A DNA stretch of 58,730 bases from positions 1 through 58,730 of IMG/VR virus record IMGVR_UViG_3300008110_000203, one strand, 5' to 3'. The notes under the pieces were generated by a model. That model searched no databases. It saw only the letters and a program-made list of their open reading frames with translations, and had not been told where the DNA came from. This document shows, in pieces, positions 38,609 through 46,902 of the stretch. A program made the translations under genes and the position numbers. Source of the DNA: a virus (Duplodnaviria; Caudoviricetes). Numbering within the stretch: position 1 is the first letter of the stretch; the number at the start of each line of letters is the position of its first letter.

Positions 38609-39292
38609 CTAGGTTTTTGCTTTACCTTTCTTTGTGGTGGTTGCTGCAGGTCCGTAGTGCGTTGTAACCACCTGTTCTGCAAGCTTCCGCCGTGCGTCGT
38701 CGTCGTCGGCATTTATTTTGCATACCCACAAAATGGAATCCGCCAGCAGTACACTGAGGGTGCGGGCGTCGGTCTGCGTTGCGGGTTGTTTAGCCTGGCC
38801 AGGTTCGTCTTTAGGTTGCAGCCAAAAGCTAGCCCCACGACTTCGCCACAACAGGACCGTTTGCCATGCGTCGTTCTGTGTGATCAATTCATCTTCTGTC
38901 TGGGGTTTCGTTTCTTTCCTGCTGCTACTGCTGCGCCCGCCGATGATTCTGCTGACGTGTTCCGAGCGCGGGAAATGAATTGTCAGCGCGCGGGAGTAGT
39001 GCGTCGTTGATCCGCTAGTTGTTGTGGTTTCTCCGCACTCTGCAGCGAGGCAGATTGCCGGATTGTCGGTCGGGTTGCGCTTTGTTCCGGGCTCGGTGGG
39101 TGTCCGGGCAGTGGGGTGTACGTTATCGGGCAAGGGGGCGCGGGTCTTTGTCTTTGCGTGGGTTGCTGCGGTCTGGGTGGAGGCGACTTCACGCGCGCCG
39201 GTCTCAACCGCCAGCAGCCGATTGTTCACACCTTCGAGTGCACCTGACAGTTCCGTCATTTTGCTTAAGATCAAGTTCAAGGCGTCGTTCAT
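38609..39292 (-). CDS. hypothetical protein
   Basis: 227 aa; N-terminal coiled coil; followed by a terminator. Confidence 0.6.
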   Translation of the reverse strand: MNDALNLILSKMTELSGALEGVNNRLLAVETGAREVASTQTAATHAKTKTRAPLPDNVHPTARTPTEPGTKRNPTDNPAICLAAECGETTTTSGSTTHYSRALTIHFPRSEHVSRIIGGRSSSSRKETKPQTEDELITQNDAWQTVLLWRSRGASFWLQPKDEPGQAKQPATQTDARTLSVLLADSILWVCKINADDDDARRKLAEQVVTTHYGPAATTTKKGKAKT

Positions 39293-39296
39293 TGTC

Positions 39297-39815
39297 TTAA
39301 CCCTTTATGGATTTGAGATTGGAAAGATAGTCCGCATTTCTGCGGGCGATATGCTGCCGGTGTCCGGCCGTCTCTGTTGGTTCCGGCTTTTTGCCGTTGC
39401 CTAGTTCTGTCAGGTCTTTGTTCGTGTTTTCTTTGGGTGTCGTCTTCCTCCTAGCTAGTTGGTGAAGGGTGGCGTAAAGCCGTTCAATGCTGCATAAGCT
39501 TTTCCGGGTCTTAAAACACCTAAGGAAAGTTTGCGCAACTAGTGCTGTTTGCTGGTAGTCGTCTCGAGGGCAGATTTTCCGGGCAGTGGAGTAGACTTCC
39601 CCCCAGTCAATCCAGTCTGCTGGCAGAATCGGCAATTCGCCAGATAGTTCCAAGTCTAAAAGTCTGCCGATATGTTCCCCCTTTCGTAAGTCAGGTCGGT
39701 TGCAGTTCCCCGGTCTGCCACATTCATCGACCGTCGGCAGGGGAAGTCTACACTCTTTCCCCCTCCCACACAACGGAAAGCAAAACATTTCCCGAAACAG
39801 AGAAAAAACGTTCAC
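39297..39815 (-). CDS. hypothetical protein
   Basis: 172-aa ORF adjacent to the downstream ORF. Confidence 0.45.
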   Translation of the reverse strand: MNVFSLFREMFCFPLCGRGKECRLPLPTVDECGRPGNCNRPDLRKGEHIGRLLDLELSGELPILPADWIDWGEVYSTARKICPRDDYQQTALVAQTFLRCFKTRKSLCSIERLYATLHQLARRKTTPKENTNKDLTELGNGKKPEPTETAGHRQHIARRNADYLSNLKSIKG

Positions 39816-39899
39816 TATGGGTGTGCGTTTGTCACCCGTAGGGGTGACACCCGGCCTTACGGGTTACGTGCGCGGTCGGCGAGGGAAACCCGAGCGGCT

Positions 39900-39988
39900 G
39901 CCCAGAAAGCGGGACGCCTAAGAGGCCGGTCGGAAAGCGGATGCGTAACGCGTCGCCCAGAAAGCGGATGCGTAACGCAGAAAGCAGG
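39900..39988 (+). promoter_or_regulatory. array leader with four CRGAAAGCRG boxes
   Basis: Boxes at about 39903, 39931, 39958 and 39978; GAAAGCGGATGCGTAACGC occurs twice. Confidence 0.6.
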
Positions 39989-40058
39989 TCGTTTGCAGTA
40001 TGGTCCCGGCGACGCTGTGTCGCCGGGTTTTTGTGTTCCAGTAGGGAGCTTTGTTATG
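39973..40058 (+). repeat. cassette repeat A1 (box, hairpin with U-tract, SD hairpin, start codon)
   Basis: TAACGCAGAAAGCAGGTC...GCAGT...CCCGGCGACGCTGTGTCGCCGGGTTTTT...TTCC-N5-GGAG...ATG. Confidence 0.95.
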
Positions 40059-40640
40059 GGAACAGATGATTCTGGACGGCTTTTGGGTTGTGCGGTCGAA
40101 ATGGCCCTCCTCAAGCGCGATCAAAAGGACCGGTTGTCATGGTCGGCGGGGTATACCAACCGCGTTACGGTCATCGGCCCCAACAACCTCGTTACAGGAG
40201 GCTACGACACCTTTTACACGAGCAGCGAGCAGATGTTGCGCCGCAACCTCGGGCCGCTTTCGGAACGGTTGTCGGCTGCGGAAGTTGACATGTGCGTGTT
40301 GCCCCTGTGTGATAGGAAACGCCACCTGCTTACTGCCGACGGGTTTCCCGGGAAACACGTACTGAGATCCCTGCATCGTGAACCTGGGGCCGATGCGAGT
40401 TTTTGCGCAGCCGATTTGGTGGACACCACTGACTCTGCGGTGATGGACAACTTCTGGCTTAACGCCCGGAACAAACTCCGCGAGCGTTACAAGTGGTCGC
40501 AGGGCCAGTTCACAATGATTGACGCACTGGACGGGGTGTACGACGAGCCGACTAAGGGCACCCCTTATGTGTGCGTTTTTAGGAGTAGCGGGCGTTTGTC
40601 TACCCTCGTTCGGTCTAAATCCATTCTGATCATCAAGTGA
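40056..40640 (+). CDS. cassette gene, hypothetical (paralogue of the next gene)
   Basis: ATG at the end of A1; MGTDDSG... Confidence 0.8.
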   Translation: MGTDDSGRLLGCAVEMALLKRDQKDRLSWSAGYTNRVTVIGPNNLVTGGYDTFYTSSEQMLRRNLGPLSERLSAAEVDMCVLPLCDRKRHLLTADGFPGKHVLRSLHREPGADASFCAADLVDTTDSAVMDNFWLNARNKLRERYKWSQGQFTMIDALDGVYDEPTKGTPYVCVFRSSGRLSTLVRSKSILIIK

Positions 40641-40648
40641 CTCGTGGC

Positions 40649-40706
40649 CGTGTAAGGCGAGCGTGTGATAGACAGCCGCTGCGGCGGCTGTCGTTCGTGT
40701 GCTTTC
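40649..40706 (+). repeat. cassette repeat B1
   Basis: 58 bp identical to 41562-41619; hairpin GACAGCCGC-TGCG-GCGGCTGTC. Confidence 0.95.
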
Positions 40707-40736
40707 CGTTTTTGTGTTCCAGTAGGGAGCTTTGTT

Positions 40737-41264
40737 ATGTCCGAGGAAACTGAGGCGTGCCCGTTTACGGAGCGATGGGGCGTCAACCGGATCAAAATGG
40801 CCCGTAAGGGGTATACGCTCATCGTCACCATGATCGGGCCTAAAAGCCTGATCAAAGACGGGGTAGATTCAATCTACGTGAAGAACGGTAGCGATATGAT
40901 GGACTGGCTTAAGGACTACCACCCTACCGTCCACCACAGCCCGGCGGCGCGTGAGGCACAGGGGGTGACCGTCTCTTACGAACACCTCGACGCCTTTACC
41001 GGCCCGAACGTTCGGCCCATCGACGACGCGATCCTGATCTGGCGTCTGGTGGATTTCAACAACCCAGACGCTAAGGGTAATCCGTGGGTAACCATGCAGA
41101 ACGCCTTGAGGGAGCGTTTTGGGTGGACCAACGGCCACTTTACGTCGATCGAGTCTCTTACAGGGGTTGACTACAGCGCCCCTGAAGACGCCGTGTATGG
41201 GGTCAGGTTCCGTAAGGAGCACATCAAGGGTGCGGAAACGAAAAACCTGCTGATCCTCTGCTAA
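40737..41264 (+). CDS. cassette gene, hypothetical (paralogue of the previous gene)
   Basis: MSEETEAC...; its TAA stop is the first codon of repeat A2. Confidence 0.8.
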   Translation: MSEETEACPFTERWGVNRIKMARKGYTLIVTMIGPKSLIKDGVDSIYVKNGSDMMDWLKDYHPTVHHSPAAREAQGVTVSYEHLDAFTGPNVRPIDDAILIWRLVDFNNPDAKGNPWVTMQNALRERFGWTNGHFTSIESLTGVDYSAPEDAVYGVRFRKEHIKGAETKNLLILC

Positions 41265-41347
41265 CGCGGAAAGCAGGTCTTCGGCAGTTCTTCCCGGCGA
41301 CGCTGTGTCGCCGGGTTTTTTGCGGTTCCATTATGGAGTTTGTCATG
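41262..41347 (+). repeat. cassette repeat A2
   Basis: Same consensus as A1. Confidence 0.95.
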
Positions 41348-41557
41348 GCAACGTTGACCCCAGCTTACGGACGTGATTACACGAGGGCAGACGCAGCCCG
41401 CGAGGCATTTCTCGCGGGTAAAGATTTCATCTTTAACGAGGTCGGCAGTCGCTGGGATGGAAAGCCCTGTTCGATCCGTGACTTCAAGGCGGACGAAACG
41501 CCCAGCGTGACGATCCGCTACAACCACCTCAGATCGTCGATCGTCGTCGATCTGTGA
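41345..41557 (+). CDS. cassette gene, small phage protein (TLTPAYGRDY...GKDF)
   Basis: ATG at the end of A2. Confidence 0.8.
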   Translation: MATLTPAYGRDYTRADAAREAFLAGKDFIFNEVGSRWDGKPCSIRDFKADETPSVTIRYNHLRSSIVVDL

Positions 41558-41561
41558 CGTG

Positions 41562-41619
41562 CGTGTAAGGCGAGCGTGTGATAGACAGCCGCTGCGGCGG
41601 CTGTCGTTCGTGTGCTTTC
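41562..41619 (+). repeat. cassette repeat B2
   Basis: Identical to B1; followed by TTCCACTAAGGAG and ATG. Confidence 0.95.
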
Positions 41620-41639
41620 TTTCCACTAAGGAGAAACCA

Positions 41640-42242
41640 ATGTGTGAGTACTGGGCTGATAAAGACGGGTGCGTGACGTACTGCGACGGCGATGCTGGTG
41701 CTGACGTGGCCAACCACGAGGGTGTGGCCCGCCAGCACGCGGCGCGTAACGTGGCGGATGCGTTGCAGTCTTTGAGCGGCGACGAACCTCTGGTGGACGC
41801 CATCAACCGTGTGTTTACGGACCACATCAATCACGATGGGGTTCTGGATTGTACCGCTTTGCGTTGCGATTTAGGAAACCTCGACGAATTCGCTGGCGAT
41901 GAAACCCCGGTTGAGGCGATCACGCGCCTTACGGGGCTGCCTGAGCTGGAGGTTCGGTTTGCGCTGCAGGCCGAACCCACTGACGAGGACGTGAGGCTCT
42001 ACGCGATGCGTGTGTGGGGTTGGCACCGCATCGTGTGCAAAGGCTCGTTTTATACGATTGAGAGCTGGAAAGTGTCCCGCTCTCTTATCAAGATGATGTA
42101 CTACGTGATCGGCGAGATTGAGGACGAATGCGGCGTTACCTCGCCTACGTGGACGTGGTACGTGAGGGGTAACGGGAGGCGGTTTGAGATCGCCAACGCG
42201 GACATGGAGGCTGGGATTATCCCCCGCGCTGAGGTGTCCTAA
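41640..42242 (+). CDS. cassette gene, hypothetical
   Basis: MCEYWAD...; its stop starts A3. Confidence 0.8.
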   Translation: MCEYWADKDGCVTYCDGDAGADVANHEGVARQHAARNVADALQSLSGDEPLVDAINRVFTDHINHDGVLDCTALRCDLGNLDEFAGDETPVEAITRLTGLPELEVRFALQAEPTDEDVRLYAMRVWGWHRIVCKGSFYTIESWKVSRSLIKMMYYVIGEIEDECGVTSPTWTWYVRGNGRRFEIANADMEAGIIPRAEVS

Positions 42243-42324
42243 CGCGGAAAGCAGGTTGTTTGCAGTATGTCCCGGCGGCACTGTGTCGCCGGGTTTTTGT
42301 GATTCCATTATGGAGTTTGTTATG
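42240..42324 (+). repeat. cassette repeat A3
   Basis: Same consensus; stem variant CCCGGCGGCA. Confidence 0.95.
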
Positions 42325-42618
42325 GGTCTGGGAAAAAAACCGCTTCCTAAGGTGGAATACGTCACCGGAGACTACCGGTTGGTTTCAAACGATGCCACGC
42401 GTGTTGTGGGCAGGCGGGGGCAGGATGAGATGGGCTATGGCCTTGCCATCACCACGGGCATCGTGCTGCAGTTCGCCGAAACGAAGCGAAAGCATCATGT
42501 GTATTGCACGTGCTTTAGCAACATCGGGTCGCTGTGGATCAAGGTGAAGGGCAAACGCCTTTACTTGGGCACCGTGTTTAGCAGTGACCTCAAAGAAACC
42601 TTTTATGCGGGAGACTGA
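42322..42618 (+). CDS. cassette gene, hypothetical
   Basis: MGLGKKPLP...VYCTCFSNIGSLWI. Confidence 0.8.
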   Translation: MGLGKKPLPKVEYVTGDYRLVSNDATRVVGRRGQDEMGYGLAITTGIVLQFAETKRKHHVYCTCFSNIGSLWIKVKGKRLYLGTVFSSDLKETFYAGD

Positions 42619-42619
42619 T

Positions 42620-42892
42620 GTGTCCGAGAAGCAAGAGATTACGCTGCACTTCCCACACCTCCCGCACTACGTGAGGGCAGTAGCGACAATCGTCAAAGAT
42701 GAATTCGAGCGGGAGGGTGGGGGCGTATCGGTAACGGTATACTCAGACATACACGTCCCTAAAGAGACCAAGATGGACATGGGCTGGTCATACCACTTTT
42801 TCCGCGATCGCCGTAACGAGTTCATGTCTGATGTTGCGGGCTTTATGATCAAGATTTATGGTCTGACGCCCATGCCTACGCGGTACTGGTGA
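42620..42892 (+). CDS. cassette gene, hypothetical
   Basis: GTG start after GGGAG; its TGA starts A4. Confidence 0.7.
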   Translation: MSEKQEITLHFPHLPHYVRAVATIVKDEFEREGGGVSVTVYSDIHVPKETKMDMGWSYHFFRDRRNEFMSDVAGFMIKIYGLTPMPTRYW

Positions 42893-42975
42893 CGCGGAAA
42901 GCAGGTCGTTTGCAGTCTCTCCCGGCGACGTTGTGTCGCCGGGTTTTTTGCGGTTCCATTATGGAGTTTGTCATG
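42890..42975 (+). repeat. cassette repeat A4
   Basis: Same consensus; 3' half identical to A2. Confidence 0.95.
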
Positions 42976-43278
42976 GATCTCAATAACGTAGAGTTCCCCG
43001 AGCGGTTCGTTAGGACAGCGGGTGAGTGGTACGGCGGGCAGGGCTGCATCCTGTACGCGGTGAGTTCTACGGGCGGTCTCACCCGTGGCAGCATCAGGCC
43101 GGACTTGTGCGATGATGACGGGAACTACACGCCCGCTACGGATGAGGCGTGGATCAGATACTTGTGGGACGAGCTGGACATCACGCCGAGTTCTGCTGTA
43201 CTGGAAGTGCGCTCGGTGCGGGCGTTACGTGAGTGCCACAGGGTCCGCCATTCAGGAGTCGGGGATTCCGCTGTGTGA
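42973..43278 (+). CDS. cassette gene, possibly chimeric or frameshifted
   Basis: MDLNNVEFP...; an alternative frame to 43345 encodes a Zn-ribbon-like tail. Confidence 0.6.
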   Translation: MDLNNVEFPERFVRTAGEWYGGQGCILYAVSSTGGLTRGSIRPDLCDDDGNYTPATDEAWIRYLWDELDITPSSAVLEVRSVRALRECHRVRHSGVGDSAV

Positions 43279-43322
43279 ATGCGCTGAAACCTCGTATGAC
43301 ATGGTGTACGTTGGCGTCAGCG

Positions 43323-43410
43323 TAAAGCGGAAAGCAGGTCGGTAGCAGTCTTTCCCGGCGACGTCGTGTCGCCGGGTTTTTGTTTTGTTCTACTAAGGAG
43401 CTTCGTTGTG
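43323..43410 (+). repeat. cassette repeat A5
   Basis: TAAAGCGGAAAGCAGGTCGGTAGCAGT...hairpin...TTCTACTAAGGAG...GTG. Confidence 0.93.
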
Positions 43411-43974
43411 GGATCGTACTTGTTTCAAACCTTGTTTGCGATGAACAACCAGGGTACGGTTAAGGAGTTGCTTGAAGGGGCGTGTGACGGGGGTGAAGCC
43501 TCGCACGGACTTGCGAAAGTCGAGATGTGCTACTCAGGAACCCTGTCTTACGAGCACGTAAGGTTCACGGTTGCAGACGGGCACGTCACCTTCCGAGGGA
43601 AGCGTCGTAAGATAGAGCGACAGCCCGGCGGTGAGTTTATCCGCCAGCCCAACGAGAGCATGGACGACTTCTGGGAAAAAGCCCTCAAGTTTGCGAAAGC
43701 GGAATACAAAAAATTTCGGCAGCATGACACGCGACACCCATCTCACACAGCGTCTATGGTCCTGTCGAGCACGGAACGGTTTTTCCCCGAGCTAAAGACG
43801 CACGGGGTGGAGGGGTTTGCCCTCGATGCGGGTGGGCGTGATGGCCTGACATACCTCAACACTGGCGATACGTACCAGAGGACGATCCTGTTCAGGTCAA
43901 AATCAGAGCGTATGTGGCTCGGAAGTTGGGGTGACTTTGTTGAGAGTAACCCGAAGCTGTGCGGTAACGGGTAG
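43408..43974 (+). CDS. cassette gene, hypothetical
   Basis: GTG at the end of A5; C-terminal HGVE...YLNTGDTY...SWGDFVE. Confidence 0.8.
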   Translation: MGSYLFQTLFAMNNQGTVKELLEGACDGGEASHGLAKVEMCYSGTLSYEHVRFTVADGHVTFRGKRRKIERQPGGEFIRQPNESMDDFWEKALKFAKAEYKKFRQHDTRHPSHTASMVLSSTERFFPELKTHGVEGFALDAGGRDGLTYLNTGDTYQRTILFRSKSERMWLGSWGDFVESNPKLCGNG

Positions 43975-43977
43975 CGT

Positions 43978-44067
43978 TTACGCAGAAAGCAGGTCGTTTG
44001 CAGTAGGTTCCCGGCGACGCTGTGTCGCCGGGTTTTTTGTTGTCGTTCCATGAAGGAGTTTGCCATG
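43978..44067 (+). repeat. cassette repeat A6
   Basis: Same consensus; 3' half shared with A8. Confidence 0.95.
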
Positions 44068-44631
44068 TACATGGTTGGTTTCTACGGTCGTCCTATCGGT
44101 TCCGACGGGGTTGTGCGTTGGATCTACACGCACATCAACAACAATCCAGAGAAGTTTGCTGAACGAGACTGCCCTGACGACGATCCGGCGATGCTGGAGA
44201 TTTATTCCAGGTATGAACACATCTCCGGGTTCACGAGCGTTTCTCACGCTCGTTACGTGCTGGTATCCCTCGCGGACGACAAGAAAGTTCTCGAGAAGGT
44301 TGAGCCGTCCGTGATGTTTGTTGTGAACGATGCAGGAGACGGGCGTGCTTGGTCCGAGAGCGACCGCCGGCAGGGCATTCAACCGTTGGACCGCGTCGTA
44401 CGGTGGCCGGCTCGGTACAGCGCCGATAGGCCCCTCGACGCCCGGTTTTGGGTGGCTGTGGTTGTTAGGAGTTTCCTCCCGAACACCCGGATTGACGACG
44501 ACTGGGAGGCCATGCTGCTCGCCCTCGACTACCTGTTTGAGATGCGGGAGAAAGACCCAAAGTTAGACAAAATCTGTGGCCGCTCGGGGTTGCCCGGGTA
44601 CGCCTTGCAACCGATACAGTTGCTCGTCTAA
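44065..44631 (+). CDS. cassette gene, hypothetical
   Basis: MYMVGFYG...; its stop starts A7. Confidence 0.8.
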   Translation: MYMVGFYGRPIGSDGVVRWIYTHINNNPEKFAERDCPDDDPAMLEIYSRYEHISGFTSVSHARYVLVSLADDKKVLEKVEPSVMFVVNDAGDGRAWSESDRRQGIQPLDRVVRWPARYSADRPLDARFWVAVVVRSFLPNTRIDDDWEAMLLALDYLFEMREKDPKLDKICGRSGLPGYALQPIQLLV

Positions 44632-44719
44632 CGCGGAAAGCAGGTCCTCGGCAGTATGTTCCCGGCGACGTTGTGTCGCCGGGTTTTTTGCAATTCCATT
44701 ATGGAGTTCCCTCGCTATG
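44629..44719 (+). repeat. cassette repeat A7
   Basis: Same consensus. Confidence 0.95.
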
Positions 44720-45364
44720 TCAGAACATCTCATCGTAAGTATTGGCAGTGATTATTGTGAGAACCCAGCAGAGTCTGGATGCAACTGGCGGTTGATTAGC
44801 TACAGCACGCGGCACGCCGCTTTCGAGCACCCGGACAAGCTGTTTAATGTCACCCGTGAAAACGGCTGGCTCGTGTTCAACCCCCGCGAACTGGGCTTGC
44901 GACGCCGCCTCGACGTGGGGCTGGCGTTTCACTTGTCCTACTACGAACACGGCCTGTGTAGCTGGTTCCGTAAAGGCAACGGTCGGCCCGGCACAAACTG
45001 TCGGTTCGATGGCGTTACCTACGCCGGCCTGCTGGTGTTCGAGCACGGACCTGCCGCCATCGGCTCTAAGACGTACGCTGAACGAGCGGCGGACGCTGAC
45101 AGGTTCCTCGAGCAGTACACCGACTGGTGTAACGGGAACGGGCTGTCTGTCGATGTCCGCACTAACACCGGCGAATACGTCGATGGGGGTTGCGGCGGGT
45201 ACTACGGCAGCGACTACAAGACCGCGGTCAACGACGCCGTAGGGGTTGTCTCTGACCTGATCGCGCAGGGTATGCCGTGGACTGTGTCCCCGGAGTCTCT
45301 GCACGAGTACGAACTCAATGCAGCCCTCAGGAAATTGTTCCCAACGCAGGAGTACAAGGCATGA
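44717..45364 (+). CDS. cassette gene, hypothetical
   Basis: MSEHLIVS...YTDWCNG...GCGGYYG. Confidence 0.8.
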   Translation: MSEHLIVSIGSDYCENPAESGCNWRLISYSTRHAAFEHPDKLFNVTRENGWLVFNPRELGLRRRLDVGLAFHLSYYEHGLCSWFRKGNGRPGTNCRFDGVTYAGLLVFEHGPAAIGSKTYAERAADADRFLEQYTDWCNGNGLSVDVRTNTGEYVDGGCGGYYGSDYKTAVNDAVGVVSDLIAQGMPWTVSPESLHEYELNAALRKLFPTQEYKA

Positions 45365-45576
45365 TTTCCTTCCGGGTAGGCGAGAAAGTGTGGGTGGGGC
45401 CTAACCGCACGCGGGTTGGAGAGCCCGGCTACTACGGCACCGTGACAGCGGTGCATGCCGCAACGAGCGGGCGGTTTGTGTTTAGTGTCCGGCCAGACGA
45501 CACCCCAGACATTCTGCGACTGGTAAGTCTACACCACCTTAGGGGTATTCCAAAACACGAGGAGAACGAGTCATGA
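45361..45576 (+). CDS. small SH3/KOW-like beta protein
   Basis: MISFRVGEKVWV...GTVTAVH; ATGA coupling. Confidence 0.65.
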   Translation: MISFRVGEKVWVGPNRTRVGEPGYYGTVTAVHAATSGRFVFSVRPDDTPDILRLVSLHHLRGIPKHEENES

Positions 45577-45800
45577 GTGAGCAGCGTAAATCCCCTGCAG
45601 TAGGCGAGCGTGTACGCGTTCGGCCCTACACAGTACCGGGTCATGAACAGCCCGCGTATTCCGGGACTGTGGGTCACGTTCACGGGCCCGATGAGGCGGG
45701 TCGTTACTTGGTAGGTTTGGACCGATGCTCTGGCGATAGGGGGCAGTCGCGGGTGGAGTGGTTGCATTTTATCTCAGGATATGAAGGGCACAGATCATGA
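45573..45800 (+). CDS. small SH3/KOW-like beta protein
   Basis: AVGERVRV...GTVGHVH; GAGGAG SD; ATGA coupling. Confidence 0.65.
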   Translation: MSEQRKSPAVGERVRVRPYTVPGHEQPAYSGTVGHVHGPDEAGRYLVGLDRCSGDRGQSRVEWLHFISGYEGHRS

Positions 45801-46270
45801 ATAGTGAGAAGAAACCCAGCACTGTACGTGTGAAGTGCTACGACGCCGGTGATGGTGTCTTAGACAGGTACGTAGTGTTCTTTTCCGGTAGCACGCGGAG
45901 GTGGTGTTCGAGTTCGGTGGCCATGTCTTCGAACCCTCACCACCCGCAAGGGTTTTGGTGTTCAGCAGGGAACTCAACTATCGGCAAACACCTCGGAAAA
46001 CGGGTCGCGTTTAGTGAATTGCCGGAGGCGTGTCAAACAGCGGTATGCCAGTACCTCGTACTCAATGTCGCAAGCACCGCGGTTCTTGCCCCCCACGTCA
46101 TTGACGCCTGCGGGATCAAACGATTCTGCGTGGGGCGCATAGACCAGCGTCCAGTGTACGGAAACAAACGCCGGCGATGGTTCGCTACCGAAGATCAGGC
46201 GGAACAGTTCTTGGGCACTCTCCCGGAGGCCGACGTGGCTGCCGGGCTGTACTATCTCGAGAGGAGGTGA
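45797..46270 (+). CDS. hypothetical protein
   Basis: YDAG...DRYVV...PHHPQGF...HLGKRVAFSELP. Confidence 0.75.
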   Translation: MNSEKKPSTVRVKCYDAGDGVLDRYVVFFSGSTRRWCSSSVAMSSNPHHPQGFWCSAGNSTIGKHLGKRVAFSELPEACQTAVCQYLVLNVASTAVLAPHVIDACGIKRFCVGRIDQRPVYGNKRRRWFATEDQAEQFLGTLPEADVAAGLYYLERR

Positions 46271-46274
46271 TTCT

Positions 46275-46595
46275 GTGGAAGGTCTTGAGTGTTACGTAAT
46301 TCAGATGGACTTTAAGGCCTTGAAAGGCCTTGAGGATAGCCTCAAACCGGTGTTTTTCAAACGGTTCAAGGGCGAAGACATTGACAACGGTCCGACAGAA
46401 CTCGGCGACATAACGCAAGCACACCGCTTTGCGACGGCTGGCAATGCGGTGTCAACAGTGCGTCGATTGTTGAACAACCCGTCAGTGTGCAATGACACGC
46501 TGGACTCTTACGAGATCTCTATTCGCAAGCTGGTGTGTGGGGTTGCAATGTCCGCACGTTTGTCGGACGACGGTCGAGTTTCACTCTTTGGATGA
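46275..46595 (+). CDS. hypothetical protein
   Basis: GTG after GGAGG. Confidence 0.65.
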   Translation: MEGLECYVIQMDFKALKGLEDSLKPVFFKRFKGEDIDNGPTELGDITQAHRFATAGNAVSTVRRLLNNPSVCNDTLDSYEISIRKLVCGVAMSARLSDDGRVSLFG

Positions 46596-46601
46596 AAGGC
46601 G

Positions 46602-46835
46602 GTGCGTGTGAGAACTTTTGACGAAGAGTTGTTTGACGAGCGTGTAAATGAGGCCGAACATGAAGCACGCGAACTGTTCGAAGCGATCACTACGCTGGCG
46701 GACCCCGAGTGTTACGCGAAAGAGGACAGCCGGCTGGGTCAAATCGCAGAAGTTATGGGCGGGTTGGTGAGTTTGACGACCGCGGTTCGCAAACTCGTCC
46801 GAGCCGGACGCATAACGCAGAAAGCAGGTCGGTAG
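46602..46835 (+). CDS. hypothetical acidic protein (reads into repeat A8)
   Basis: 77 aa; ends ITQKAGR inside the repeat. Confidence 0.6.
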   Translation: MRVRTFDEELFDERVNEAEHEARELFEAITTLADPECYAKEDSRLGQIAEVMGGLVSLTTAVRKLVRAGRITQKAGR

Positions 46836-46902
46836 CAGTATGTTCCCGGCGACGCTGTGTCGCCGGGTTTTTTGTTGTCGTTCCATGAAGGAGTTTGTTA
46901 TG
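46813..46902 (+). repeat. cassette repeat A8
   Basis: 5' half like A5, 3' half like A6. Confidence 0.95.

Noticed and set aside
39973-46902. Repeat A as a canonical integron attC site (TAAC...GTTA ends)
   Set aside because: TAAC/GTTA pairing holds in only some copies (others have TGAC, TAAA, TTAC, GTCA or GCCA), the R/L box spacing is not attC-like, and no tyrosine integrase is in the window
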